From Octopus sinensis (taxonomy: Eukaryota): 64,000 bases of DNA. A program made the position numbers and the translations under genes. The stretch is taken from contig NC_042999.1 of assembly GCF_006345805.1 (NCBI RefSeq), forward strand, positions 100,068,001 through 100,132,000, written 5' to 3'. Position 1 is the first letter of the stretch; every line of letters starts with the position of its first letter. Of the stretch, positions 26,417-40,789 are shown one piece after another. The notes below the pieces were generated by a model, which had not been told where the DNA came from, did not search any database, and was given only the letters and a program-made list of their open reading frames with translations.

Positions 26417-27559
26417 TATAATTTACCTCATTGAATCTATAATGGTCGCTTGAGAAGTTTACGATCTCTCAACTGTAACCTCTAGCTTTACTCAACTATC
26501 TAAGTTGGCCTGCAAAAGGAATCAACAAACATTGTTGCCAGAAACACTTACAGAAGCAAATCAAAAATTCCAGTCTATTGCAATAAGATCACTGATAATT
26601 TCCTTTTTGTATTTGGTTTGTAAGATTATTGATGTGAATTCGTGTGTTGATACACAAATTCTTGTTGTTGTGTCTTAGTGTCATTACACCAATAATTATA
26701 TATCACATACTCCGTCCAACATCATTTTTTTATTGTTAGTTAACTGGTTAAATAGCTAAACATCTAACTAAACGGTTGCGACTTTTTTAATATCTTGGCC
26801 TCTCTCTTCAAGGGCTGCCTTGATTCCGTCCGAGAATTAGTCTTACGCCTTTGTGTAAGTATGCCTGTATGTACGTAGATGTGTTTTTGCTTAGAAAAGA
26901 AGGTAATGGCGAGAGTAAAAAGAGTGTATGTTTGTATGAGCAGGTGCGTGTCCACGTGGCTGTGTGTTACACTCGCATGACTGCTTATATATGTGTTTTT
27001 TGTGAGGGTGTGTGCTTTAGTCATCCGTGACGTTTTACGAGTTCAGCCTTTTGTTCAAGGTCAGTTCTGTCTCAGATATGCTGGGATTCGCTTGTCGCCC
27101 CGTAAAGATTTATGGGTGTAATTTGTTATTTGAGGAGGCAGAGAAGGGTGGGAGGACAAGATGTGTGTGTATATGAGAGAGAGATAGAGAGAGAGAGCAT
27201 CTGCGCGCACCCGTGTCTGTGTGTGTGTGCGTGAGTGTGTGGTGTAGTGTGCATGTTTGTTGGTTAGATGGTTCTCTGAGCGTCTGTGTATGTTCGCATG
27301 TGTGAGTATTTACTTATGTGAATACATTCCAGTAAGTGTGTGTGCGTATCTGCGTGCTTGCAGAGGTTGCGAATAGCGATGAAAGGTCTTTGACTAACAA
27401 TCGACTGATTGCTTAACCAGCACTTTAAACAAACGTCGATTAGTTAGTTGGTTGGATATTTAACCAATTGATAAATATTAAAGACGTGATATTAAACCAG
27501 TGCGTGTGCAATTATTATTGGTATAATATTCCTCTCAAGACACAAACAAAATTATCGAT

Positions 27560-27768
27560 TTCCAATTTTGGCACAAGACCAGCAATTTCGGGGGAATGGG
27601 TAAGTCGATTACATCGACCTCAGTTGTTCAACTGGTTCTTATTTTATCAAAACCGAAAGGATGAAAGGCAAAGTCAATCTCGGTGGAATTTTTACTTTGA
27701 GCATAAAGATGGAGGAAATGCTAAGCATTTTACTCGGGGCGATATCCATTCTGCCAGTCTGCCACCTT
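27560..27768 (-). mobile_element. SINE family A monomer
   Basis: Reverse complement of the family A head and core. Confidence 0.8.
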
Positions 27769-28240
27769 AATAAAATTATCGATAATAACCATATTTTTTA
27801 TTTGCTCACAAGAGTAACAGATAACGGGACCTTCGAAGGGCAAATTACAAAAATGATTGATGCAGAATCAATTATTAAAGTAAAACAAGCATAGACAACA
27901 ATAGTTAAAAAATAAATTAAATGAGAAACAAGGAACAGCCATATATGGACAATAGAACCCATACACCCATTATTACCTTGGCTACCAGACATTTTCTCTG
28001 GTTTAGAGATGCAAGCTGACAACACTATATCAACAAAATCGCTGGAGGAAAAAATTCCCTCCCTAATCTCACTTTCTTTCCAAGTGGAGATTCAAACATA
28101 CAGGAGCTCGGCAAAATGGAAAAGTATCAATACTCTGTTCCTTTAGTGCCGTGCATTATACAGCTTTTTGAGATAGCCTTCAAACAGGTAGGAAATCTCT
28201 CCTAACACGACCAAAGGAAAGGGTAGGGCAAATACTTATT

Positions 28241-28453
28241 GGTTTCAAATTTTGGCACAAGACTAGCATCATCGGGGAGGGTGAAAGTCGATTACATCGA
28301 CCTCCAGTACTCAACTGGAATTTATTTTATCGACCCCTAAATGATGCAAGGTAAAGTCAACCTCGCGGAATTTGAACTCAGAACAAGAAGACAGACAAAA
28401 TGCTGCCGAGCATTTGGCTTGGCGTGTTTACGATTCTGCCAGCTTGCCGCCTA
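28241..28453 (-). mobile_element. SINE family A monomer
   Basis: Reverse complement begins TTAGGCGGCAAGCTGGCAGAATCG; contains the GAGTTCAAATTCC B-box. Confidence 0.85.
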
Positions 28454-29272
28454 AGTCAAATACATATTAAGAAAAAAAAAAGCCTACCAATTACAGGTTA
28501 AAGAGAGAAGCGTGTCTAAGCTTAACATGGATTGATTATAAGAAATCCTTTGACGTGTTTCCTACGCATCGATCATGAAAACACATGTCATGAGTAACAT
28601 AGCCTTAATAAATAGGTACACGAAACATATCGTAACAAATGACAAGTAATTTTATAGATAGAAACAAATTAAATACCAAAGTATATTATCTCTATAAAGA
28701 GGGAATTTCTATCCATCTTCTTTTACGTAGCGTTATACCATTAACCAACACGTTACATCAGACTAGTGTCCGATACACATTCCATAGTAAGATAATCTTT
28801 TGTTACACGGGCAATCTCATTTGCACGCTACAGGTGAAAAACAACTGGAAATACTGCTACAGCAGTACACTTGTTGCAAAGATTCATAAAACTCAATGTA
28901 GAAAAATATGCATGTACATATGTCATTGTTGAGTTTTATTTCAAAATGTCTTGCCTATAGAGAAAGAGCCGGTTTTTAACGTAGATCCAAGGCCTCTTCA
29001 TTAGATTTTCAGCATCAACAACAGGGAATTTTTGTTTGTATATATATGTATGCATGCATGTATATGTGCAGATTTGTGTTTTGCTTTATGTATGTATTCT
29101 CATGCATATAGTTACATATCTAGACATGCACATATATATCTAAATGATAAACTTCTGGAAAGTTTTACAGATTTTTACAGTTCCAATGAGGGATCGGATC
29201 TCTATGTATGTATTTGAAAATGTGTATCTATGCTTATTGCTTTCTGTGCAATTTGATTGCAATAGCTACACA

Positions 29273-29368
29273 TAGGCACAGGAGTGGCTGTGCGGTAAGT
29301 AGCTTGCTTACCAACCGCATGGTTCCGGGTTCAGTCCCACTGCGTGGAACCTTCGACAAATGTCTTCC
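29273..29368 (+). mobile_element. SINE family B, 5' fragment
   Basis: ATAGGCACAGGAGTGGCTGTGCGGTAAG..GGTTCAGTCCCACTGCGTGG. Confidence 0.8.
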
Positions 29369-31720
29369 TTGTGGTATAGAGGTTTACCACATCAAAAGAT
29401 ATAATAGTGGTATCATTGTCTATAGATTTTGGGAGGTTGTTTAATAAGTCCAGGTCGTCCCTCATAAGAGTGAGTATGTATTTTAAAATAAGTTCCAGTA
29501 ATATATCTAAAACGTTACTGAGTCTGTGTGTTTCATAGTTCGAGCCTGCAACGATTGGTCAAAATTTAGGGTTGGTGAGATATTGCATGTTTATGCAACT
29601 TGAGGTTGGTTTTTTTATTTGCATTTTTAATAGTTTAATTCTTATGGATCTTTGGAGACCGTAGAAGTAGCTAGTCTTGCAATCAAAATGGGTTAGGTAG
29701 TCACATTCTTTGTTTGTTAAACCTTTTTGATGTCTGGGAAAAATATACTGTCACATGACACTATCGCACGGACGTAGCGGGAAACGTACAAAAGGTTCTC
29801 ACGCGTTTTCTCTACAAATACTTGACAGAAAACATTCAGAGCATTGATTGTTTGGACATGTTCAGTTAACCGTGTGAACCTTAACTTACGATACCAAACA
29901 TCGTCACTTGATACTAACATACGGATGTAACGGGGAAGCTACAAAAATTTCTAAGACCAGTCTCTACCAATCAAATCCTGTTCAAAACATGTACTAATTC
30001 CAAACACAAGTCAGAAGCAAGACAGCTACGACATAAGCCACGTCTTTCTACTTCATCTGTGAAACCGAAAAGTTTTTAAATATATTAATAGAAAATAATT
30101 TAAATACTCTCAGTTCATTTTCATCCTTCTATTTTTCTATATATATATATACATTTGTGTGTGTACACGTACACACGTATATACGTATGACAATGGATTA
30201 TATATAGTAAAAAGGCTTCTACTATTTTGATTATTATGAACATAATTACAAACAATTGTAATGATCACGTAATTATTTTGGTACGAGGGACGCTAATAAC
30301 ATTTATTCCACGAGCAATTTAAATTTTGCATATTCAGCAATATTTCGTACAATGATATGTTTAATGTACTCTTGAAATCAAGCTGATAAACCTCGTCAAT
30401 GCAATGCGTCGGAGAAAGCCTAGAGTAGACTAAATAATTACATGTTGTTCTGCCGTGGAACGAGTCACAATTAGATAGTTACCATTGTCGACGGAATCTT
30501 GCTCTGGCAAGTCCATTTATCTGTTATTTCTAACAGCTCTTTATAGTAACTGAGATTTGACAAACTATTGTTTGTATCTAACCAGACTGAGTAGATACTG
30601 CTTCAATTTTTCATTGTTCTTATTTTAATTCTGTGCTATATTATTTGAAGGAAATTTTAGTTGTTATTTCTAGCAAATCCAAATACCGTAAAGAGAATTC
30701 TTTTTTGGCTCTACATCGAAAAATAATTCATAAATTCTTTGTACTGTATTCAGATCCGAAAACAACTTCAAATCTGCAATAGATTGATTTTATTCTCCCC
30801 TGAAACATGTTTCAGCATACTTCACCTCAAAATGCAAAGCGTCCTTTTGAGGTATGTGAAGTACACAAAAATATAGCTCAAGTTTGAATCGTTCAATATT
30901 TCCACAATTCACTTGACTGTTATACTATACTAGTGCAGGGAACGGAAAATTTTCACTTAGTATATTCGCATAAACATTCTACATGTGAATGGATTTATAT
31001 TAGAAGGATATGAAATATTTCAAGTCCTATTTAGTCGATTTAATCACATGGACCGGCTAGAAATAAGGGAACACTTTAAAACATCAATTTTCATATCCCT
31101 AATGTGAAGTGTATTGAAATACCACATACACACAAACGCATCAAATCAAAGTAAAACGCACAAACACTTATATTGATATATTCATGCATGTAAATATATG
31201 AGCGCGTATATGAGTGTATGTATATTGCTTTAGAGATTACAATAGTACACATAGCTGTTAGTTGAATGGTCCGAGTTATCAGTCGGTGCTGTAACAAACA
31301 TGGCCATTCATTCCCTTCAAGCATTTGATAGAATTTCATCACCATAGCAGATATTTCCGGAAGGTTACCTAGCAACTAGTTATATGAGAATTTATTCACG
31401 CCACTTTGTTGTCGCCTTCTACTCTTTCTCTTCCATCAATTGAATTTGTGCTCTTTTAAATTTTCTTGGGATATTTAGATGAACAACCGTGCGCACTACA
31501 CAAATCTCGTAATAAAGAAATCTCAACAATACATCTAGACAGAATTATCTCAGACAAAAGTCATTCATCGCTTTACAATAAATATTAATATATTTTGCTC
31601 CATGCATGTTGTAATTGCATTGCTATATTACAAAATTTAATGAAGTTTAGCAAAGTGAGCGTCACATGTTCTCGTTTCTCTTAATATATTCGAGATGACT
31701 CTTGATGCAGGAAACACATA

Positions 31721-31922
31721 TTGGTTCCAAATTTTGGCACAAGGCCAGCGTTTTCGGAGAGCGAGTAAATCGATTACATGGACCCAAATGTTCAACTAAT
31801 ATTTATGTTATCGATCACGAAAGGGATGAAAAGCAAAGTCGACTTCGGTGGGATTTGAACGCAGAATGTTAAGTCGGACGAAATACCACTAAGCATTTTG
31901 CCCGGTGGGCTAACGATTCTGC
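31721..31922 (-). mobile_element. SINE family A monomer, 5'-truncated, with 13-bp TSD
   Basis: CAGGAAACACATA at 31708-31720 and 31923-31935 flanks a reverse family A copy. Confidence 0.85.
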
Positions 31923-34900
31923 CAGGAAACACATACGAATTGACCATTTAAATCTCTAGCATGATAAAGATTTTAAATGTATATCTACGGTGGAGAATCA
32001 ACTCTACTAAAAACTAACTAAAACGTGGCGAAGTAACTTCAAGCAGAATTTAGGAAACAAATTAGATGGGATACAGAGTTTAGTTTGTAGCATTGCTTTC
32101 CAGAGTTAACTCAAACTGGAGACACCAAGATCACTATTACTTTCTTAACGAGTGTTCACAATGGTACAGAAAAGAAAAATTAGTACCACGATGTGAACAT
32201 TTCCTTTTTGGCCACTTTATCTAAACAGTGCAAACGACTTTAATACATGAATTATACTTTTTATTGACTCCGAAGGAATAAAATAGAAAGTCGACTTCGA
32301 TAGGATTTGAGCTCAGGGTGTAGAGAGCCGGAATCTATACCTCAAAATATTTCATCGAACAATACTATTCACTCAGCCAATTCGTCACTTGTCAATAAGA
32401 TAAGTACCTGAAATATACTGAGGATAATCCTATCAAATATAACTTCTTGTTTTTCAAAACAAATTTCAGTTCATATGATACATTTGGTACACTAAAGATA
32501 GAGTAATGTCAACATTTAGATTTCTTGGACTTTTTTTCTTTTTCTCTAATTAACATCTCAGTAGCATAGAAAACAGAATAGGGAAGAGTTGCTTGGATAA
32601 TGCAAAATTGGAAAATATGTGTCTTGTAGAAAATATATAACTTATTGTATTTTGATGGATATTCGATTTTAATTAAGTTGGAGTTAATATTATATGATAT
32701 GAGATTAAATTAAAGATCATTTTAATGAAATTTTATTGCAAAATCATTAAATGATTGTGAGAAATTAAGGTGCAGTTTTCCAACAAAATTTTTGATAAAC
32801 ATATACTACAGTTCCTTTCCGAAAATAGCTTTTCCAATCCATGTGAAAGCATGTTTGTACCACGTTAAGACAGAGTAAATTATGATATAGTCGTTGAATA
32901 TGTTGAAAACATGCTCCACTATGCAACTCCACTATGCAGCTAGCCTCATTTATATGCAAATTTCTAGTTTAAGCCTAAAGACGCACATATTAGTGGAGAT
33001 CCACAATAAATTGAATCAAACTCGGTATATAATTGCTGAACATGTTATCGATCCCAAAAAGTAAAATGCAAAGTGAATCTTGATGGTTTTTAAAACCAGA
33101 TCATAAAGTACTCTTGTTCTTAATTAAAATGAATCAATACGATAGCGATATGAGAGTGTGGCATATTAGCAGAAATAGGTGATTGCTGCATCAAATGTTA
33201 AGTGCTAAATTTTGTAATTCTACAAATTCTCCAGTGTCACTTTTCCTTTTCACTTGCCTGTGCTAACAAAGATGTTAAATGTGAAGAGCTTTATTGTGCA
33301 TATGTGCAATGAAGTCAAGTACTTGATCTTTATGAACCAGATGGATTCGTGGATTGCTATCAACTTTCTAGACATTAAGGTGTACCAGAATATGAGTTAT
33401 TTTATGTTAACCTATTTAGGACAGTGATAGTGTGACTACAACCAGAAATCTATTCTGGGCAAATTCTCTTCGACCGACTATAAGGTACTCAAGATCAAGA
33501 AGAAAAGATGTCGTAAAATTTTAATAAGTACCGAAACTTATTTTTTGTTGGTGAATTGTTTTTATGCGAATAGCCAAACATGTTGCATTATCAGCGTCAT
33601 ATATTATTCTACAGCAAGAATGTCCCAATAATATGAATGTGTTGTAAACATAAGTATGCATTCCGAAATTGAACTGTTAGTAACTATTCTTTACACCGTT
33701 CCAAATATTTGTGCCCACCAATACTCTCTTGATTTTTGTAGAATCAAAACCAAACTCAGAGTTTTTTCTATGAGAATTTATAGAATACATTGTGCCAATC
33801 GCCTCAAAAGCCAAGTTATAAATCAAAGACGTATATATCTGATTAGTTTATTAAGAAGAATAATAAGGTCTCACTTATATTACTTCTGTTATTTTTCCCT
33901 AGATTCTGACACAGATAGCGACAGCTAGTTGCTTGAAAGAATGAGGCACCGATATATTTGTGGAAGCAAAATGTAAAGAGACTATTGTTAGAGAAAAATA
34001 ATATTCTCTGTGTATTTCTAAATATCATTGCTAAATACTTCTGAAACTCCAATCAATGGATACTGAGATAATACATGAGCTTATCTGTAAAGTAACCTCC
34101 CCTGTCCAACTGATCAATGTTGACTGTATTGTTAATACATTTACGCTATGTGTGGCAACTGTATAAATCATGTGACAAATCAACGGTCAAATCTCGTGTG
34201 TCATTATTGGAAATCGGTCCATTCCATATGTCGCCAACAAATAGCAATTCATCCAGACTAGTGTAAAAAGCACTGTAAAAAGTAGAATGGAAGAAATTTT
34301 CAAAACCAGAAAAATATTGTTGCGTTATATTATTAATCCCGACTAAAATCGGTATTCATTAATAATTCTTTTGGTGAATATCAATACTGTTCTTCTACAG
34401 AATGCCATTCTGATTTAATATCAGAGTCACTTTATATTCTAGTAAATTCCAGTCAAATAGAAGAACACTTCTGGTTAATATTTGTATATGTTCCAATGGA
34501 GAATAGTTCGGAAATCGATGAAGTTTATCCTATGTTCAATTGCTCAAATGCAAATGGACACAGTTGTTAGCTTTTCTAAAGAAAACTGTTCGAAGAAATT
34601 TGGCAAAGCTTTTTATTAGAATGTTATGTTAGGTTTCTTCTTCCCCGAGGATGACTTAGTAATCACTAATGACAATATTCTTAGATTAACAGATAAATTA
34701 TGTATAGAAAGGAAAATGTAACTATCAGCGTATTTTACTTCAAGATACTGTGGTAGGATAATTCTGTGAAACTCCGTCCAGGAATTTAGGGATTAGGCTT
34801 GCCACTTGAGACATAAAATGTGAATACATTTTAATAGTAATATTGAATATTTGTTTGGAATAGGTATAGTTGAATTAAAAGGCACAGTATATTATCAGTA

Positions 34901-35395
34901 TTTATATACCTCTCGCTGCAGCTAAATCGAGAAAATCTTACCCAGCGGATCGCATGGTAGATAGAAATGTATAATATCAAGGGCTATGTGAAATAGGACA
35001 TGACAATCGAAGTAAGGGATACGGTGGCAACAAGGTAAAATGTAACTGTGAAAAATGTACAATAACGTGAGGAAACGACCAGCCAATACAGCTTTCAGCT
35101 GTGTGACTGATGCAACGTAAAATTTAACATGCTGCTAGAATTTATAGTGTTCTATTATTGTAGTTCAGAACTGTAAAATATATTTCTGACAATTTAATAC
35201 TGTAGTGTAGTGGAAATTTCAACGGGAACTGGACCCATAATGTTTTTTGCTCACTAGAGTACACACCCAGCAGGATTTCGATTACTATAACAGCGGCTAT
35301 ATTTGAGAATATTAGTTGCATAAGTGCACAATAATATAGTTATCCAAATGTTATAAAGATATGTTATTAAAAAGTTTGATTATAAAAATGCGGCT

Positions 35396-35560
35396 AAGGC
35401 GGTCAGCTGACAATATCGTCAGCACGCTGGCCAAAATGTCTAGCGGCATTTCGTCCGTCTTTACGTTCTGAGTTCACCTTCCGGAGAAATCGACTATACC
35501 TTTCATCCTTTCTGGGTCGATAAAATAAGTACCCTGTACCAAAATTCGAAACCAATACCA
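35396..35560 (+). mobile_element. SINE family A monomer
   Basis: AAGGCGGTCAGCTGAC..GTTCTGAGTTCA..CCTTTCATCCTTTCTGGGTCGATAAAATAAGTACC. Confidence 0.8.
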
Positions 35561-36269
35561 AAACGCGGCGTGAAATCTTTTAAACCTATTATAAGAGCCA
35601 AAGTTGTTTATCTATCGTTTAAAAGTGCAACCCCCTTTTTTTTCAGCTCCTCTTTATTGCTTAATAACGTCAGAAAATCAAAGATAGCATAAAGAAGGCC
35701 TGGTTTTAAAACTTTTCGAGATATCTTATCAAACATATCTCATTAAAACTATGCTTGTTATCACTCGAGCTACTACTGAAGCTATAATAGCAAATCAGAA
35801 AGATATGTATATTATGTGTGTGTGTGAATCTGTCTCCTTATGCAGCACGCTCATATCTATACATATACAAACATACACACGCATAGCGCTCTGTCACTCT
35901 GCCGACACAGTGAGCTTCCGTTCTTCCCTTGATTGCGCCGTTTTCTAAGGTTTGAATCCGTTTCTTTTTTATATTTCTTTGCTGTGTCGTCTTTACCTCA
36001 TCTTGGATGTATACCGACTGATTTCTTCGATATCACTCTTCAGTTACACGATTTCATCTTTTGTCTGTGAGCCGTGTGACATTTCAGGAGCAGCAGAACT
36101 TGAATTTCAGTATTCCGAAAACACATTGTCGACTCCACTCCGTTCTCAAATTACCTCATTTACGATATGATCCTGCAGTGATATTCCTAGCATGGAATTT
36201 CCTTGGCCTTTTTTTCTTTTTTTTTTGTTATAGGTACATGTGCGTAGTATAAAATTATGACAGTGCTAT

Positions 36270-36297
36270 AGTAGTAGTAGTAGTAGTAGTAGTAGTA

Positions 36298-36330
<33 letters not shown>

Positions 36331-36350
36331 ACAAGAAGAAGAAGAAAACG
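36270..36350. repeat. (TAG)n/(GAA)n microsatellite
   Basis: Direct reading. Confidence 0.9.
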
Positions 36351-38012
36351 AAGAAACTATACTTAAAGCACTGCTAACGGAGATTCCTTTCAATCATAAC
36401 TATGTATTATTTGTGTACTACTTCAAGATTTGCGTTGGTAGAGTTGAGCTCCACATGCTTCTAAAATGCCTCAACATCTCATTATTAAGGCTTATTATGT
36501 TATTTCTGTATGAAGAGCTAGTATATGTTGTTTTTTTTTTCTTGAGCAATTGTAACTGTATCAATACCATATTTCTTGAATAATACTTTGTATTTGTAGT
36601 TAGTTGGGAAGTATTTATGAAATATCGCGATTCTGCTTGTAAAATTTAACGAAAACGATGTAAATTAGAAGTAAATCAATTACCTGCGTGAACCTCTGAG
36701 TTAAATTCTTTAACATGGACAGAATCTATTTCAAAAGAAGTAGGCTTGATAATAGTTTCAACTAATACCGAGTTTCAGCCCTGATTATAGTAAACTAAAT
36801 AAGCTAATTTTCTAGCTCATAAATTATGCATTTTCTATATAAACTTGCTATCAGGGTTAATAAGGTATAAATATTTTATTTTTATTATAATTTTTTAGTG
36901 ATTAGTCTATTTTATTCATTTTCCAGGATGCTCTACCCTAACTGATCATTTTATTATTGTTGTTATTATTTTTATGGCAGCCTTAAATATATCTAATCCT
37001 TGTACCCCTATCAATTCATGCTCAACTTATATAAGTTAATATGGTATCCCCACAACTTAAGATTAGTTCAACTTCAACTAAATCAGTATATAGTTGACAG
37101 GTTCTTCAACCTCAGTTGCCCTTATTAAATATCAGTTAAATCCATTTGATCAATCTCCACAGAAACCTTATAATAAGTGAATATTTTAGATAAGTAATAA
37201 GTATATAATCTATATATAAGTATATAATCTATTTCCTTGCAATTTTCTTTTACCTTCCTCTATTGTGGTTAAAAGAATTTGGTATATACTCAAAATATTC
37301 AAGAAAGTGATATCCTTTTTGTTATAATTCTCATTCGTAATAATCTTCTTGATTACCCCCCCTTGATACGGTATGATAATATTGTTTGAAGTAATCTTTT
37401 AAATTTTTTAAATTACTTGATTTTTCTCTTTCTCAAATAGCTCCACCCTCCTGATCTTAGTATTTATAAAGACCTTTATTTAAATAACATTTCTAAATAA
37501 GTACCAATTAGAAAATATAAATATCATGTAGGATGTAATAATAATAACTTCTTAAACCTATAATATAACACTTAATTTTACAAAAAGATTTGTTGAAAGT
37601 AGAATTGTTCCATAATTTAATTATTCCTTTAGCCGATACCAAACATCAGTCTTTTATGAATATTTTATTTTAACAAGTAAATATAAGTTTTAGTCTAATA
37701 TATTTTGAATTATTAAACCTTTTTCTAAAAACTTCTCTATTGGTGTTAACAAGCTAAATATACTTTACCATAGCATTAGTAATTAAACCATTTTACCCCT
37801 TCTCTATGATGTTCTACACATTATTTTATTTATGATTCAGTAGTTCATTATGCAGATGGTTAAAGAGAATAATGAAATTTAAAAACGCATCTAGATTACG
37901 CAGGTCTCAACTGCTAGTAGCTGAGATACCAACTTCCTACATTAATAATTCTCCAACCCATGCCAGCATGGAACATAGACGTTAAGTGAAATGTTCAAAG
38001 AAAGCTTTTGAA

Positions 38013-38095
<83 letters not shown>

Positions 38096-38109
38096 AAAAA
38101 CACGTAATT

Positions 38110-38793
38110 CAAAAATACGTTTTGTATAGCTTATTTCGTTACCAAAAAAACAGGTACAGATAATAAACAATGAAAGACCAATTTTGGTGATTCATTTGAC
38201 AGAGGTAGTAGAGAGCCAATCCGATGATAAATCTGACCTTCGATCTTGAAAGTTTACATGAATCCTGGTTCAGTTAAATCTCTTGAGGTTCCAAGTGATG
38301 TCATCTGTAGTGCAGCATTATATTATATTGCCTAATTTTGTTTTGGAAGTGTTTGGAATTTTGGTTAGTTGATGACAACAGTTTCTTCAATGACTATGGA
38401 GGTTGGGGGATTTGCAAAAAGTTTAACCTGTGCAGGTATCTCTCCGGGTCACTTCCTTGCTTTACAATGTATGCAGTCAGTTGTCATTGCACCAATGGAA
38501 ATTCTAGGGTCATCTGCATAATGAACTACTGGATCATAATTGAAAGATGTTTCACAGAAGTTGCATCTCAGAGCTGTTTCAACTACTCTTCATTCTGCAG
38601 TGGAGATCCTATTCCTTGTCAGTCGTGCATACCGCTGTTCCTCACTTTGAGATGCTCTGACTTTTGTAGTGCACAGTTCGTTCGTTTCTTGGTATGCTTC
38701 CCTTTCTGAAGTTGTCTCTCTTTCCCTAGACAGAGACACTCTTTTGGCTGACCTTGACACTGTAGACTAATTTGACACTTTCCTTTTAGACAT
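38110..38793 (-). pseudogene. Helitron Rep/helicase ORF, N-terminal remnant
   Basis: Manual translation from ATG 38793: ..RASQSEEQRYARL..SFNYDPVVHY..SIGAMTTDCIHCKARK*PGE..SLKKLL..SKHFQ..IRQYN / YNAALQMTSLG..GFM*TFKIEGQIYHRIGSLLP. These are characteristic Helitron N-terminal motifs; several stops and frameshifts. Confidence 0.88.
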
Positions 38794-39184
38794 TGTTATA
38801 AAAGTAAATAAGAAATTTCTAGAGAAATTAACTAAGTGTACGGATTTAAATGAAAGTTTTGAAGTTACTCCTGTCAGCAAATTATGGACGTACTTTTATT
38901 AGTAATTCCGTCAACAAAAAAAAAACAGAAAACGTTGCAAAAGTAAATAAGAAATTTGTAGTGTACGAATTGAAGTGACATTTATGAAGAAACTTATACC
39001 AGTAAATTATGTAAGAAATTATTATCATCAGTAATTGTGAACTTCTTTTTGTCAGAAATTTGTCGTCGTTGCTTGTAAATAGCGAGTGAAAACAATTAGC
39101 GTCTGAAAAGTGAAAATGAAAAGAATACAGAGTGAGTGAGATATATAAAGAGGAGACGAAAGAGGGCTAGTTAGACAAATAAGC

Positions 39185-39196
39185 TATAGATAGATT

Positions 39197-39258
<62 letters not shown>

Positions 39259-39395
39259 GAGACAGACAGAGAGACAGACAGACAGGCAGACAGACAGATA
39301 GATACATACATACATACATACATACATACATACATACATACATACATACATACAGATATATAGAGAGGGACAGAGAGATATAGAGATAGAGATAC
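39185..39395. repeat. (GATA)n/(GACA)n/(CATA)n compound repeat
   Basis: Direct reading. Confidence 0.95.
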
Positions 39396-40017
39396 GCTTG
39401 AAAAGCGAATGCACACACATCTCTATTTTGTGTATTACATGAGACTGTGATAATTTTTTGACCGATGGATGTAAAGGAGACAATCAATTTCTGAAAGTTA
39501 CTTCGCAAAGAGTTACCTCCCCTCTCCACGTAACAAAGGAACGGGTATTTTCTGCCCCCAGCGGGCCCGTTACTCATTATGTGAAAAATTTTAATAGTCT
39601 AAAACCGTCTTTGGAATATAAGTAATGTATGTTCCCAGTTCAGAGAAAATCAGTTGAAAAATACGGCCGTTATAACTTTTTACACACACAAAACAAAAGT
39701 CAAAGGGATTTATATTATAGATATATATACATATATGTGTGTGTGTATATATATATACATATACATGCACACATATATGAGCATGTGCGTGCGCGCGTGT
39801 TTGTATGTATGTATATATTAAGAATTATATTAAACACGCTTAGAAGCGTTGTGTGGGTTGGTATTTACAAAAAACGGTGCAAATTTCGAACGCGGGATGG
39901 TTGTGAAAACAGCTTAGAAAGTTGAGTGGGTACCTTTTTCAGTCTTCTAATGGTATTTACCCAATTTTCTAAGTTGTTTTCTTTCACAGATATTCTGGGT
40001 TTGAAATTTTCTATAAC

Positions 40018-40048
<31 letters not shown>

Positions 40049-40471
40049 CATAATCGTTAACTTCTTACAAAATCTTTTAGAAATGTGTATGCTGCTAGGT
40101 CTTTCTATATCGTATTCACCTGAAAAGTTAACTAACAGTGCTACAAATGTTACTGTTTGATTTTTAAAAGACAAAAAAAAATCATACTTCAAAACGAAGA
40201 GCAGCTATCGATATTACATATAAAATTTAGTAGATCTCAAATAATACAGACAAAAGTCAGCAATAAAACCTTTTATTGATTGTATTATAATTAAGATTTA
40301 AACAGATTTCGTCTAAAGCGTTTTGAAAGTATTCAAGATATTTCCAATTCAATTTAACACAATTAGAAGACATTCCTTTCAACAGATTCACACAGGTCGA
40401 TCGATGAAATCTAATCAAACTAATTTTTTTTCTCACGAATATTTGAAGTGTGCGTCTGTGTGTGTGTGTGT

Positions 40472-40525
<54 letters not shown>

Positions 40526-40755
40526 TGAAAGAAACAAAAAGAAGGAAGAGGAAAGCATCCGTATATAAACAAAATCATAAACACTTAAAATATCCTGAAT
40601 ATATTTTCGATAAAGTATATAAATCAATGTATATACGCACGCACACACACACACATACACACATTATCTCTCTCTTTCCCTCTCTTATGTGGGTGTATGT
40701 ATATATATATATATTCAAGTATATACATATAAGTATATACATTTTTCATATATAT

Positions 40756-40779
<24 letters not shown>

Positions 40780-40789
<10 letters not shown>

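Noticed and set aside
36850-37800. Possible mitochondrial insertion (NUMT)
   Set aside because: It is AT-rich and superficially mito-like, but I could not recover a convincing COX, ND, ATP6 or rRNA motif in any frame.
38338-38709. 123-aa plus-strand ORF
   Set aside because: Antisense shadow of the Helitron remnant.
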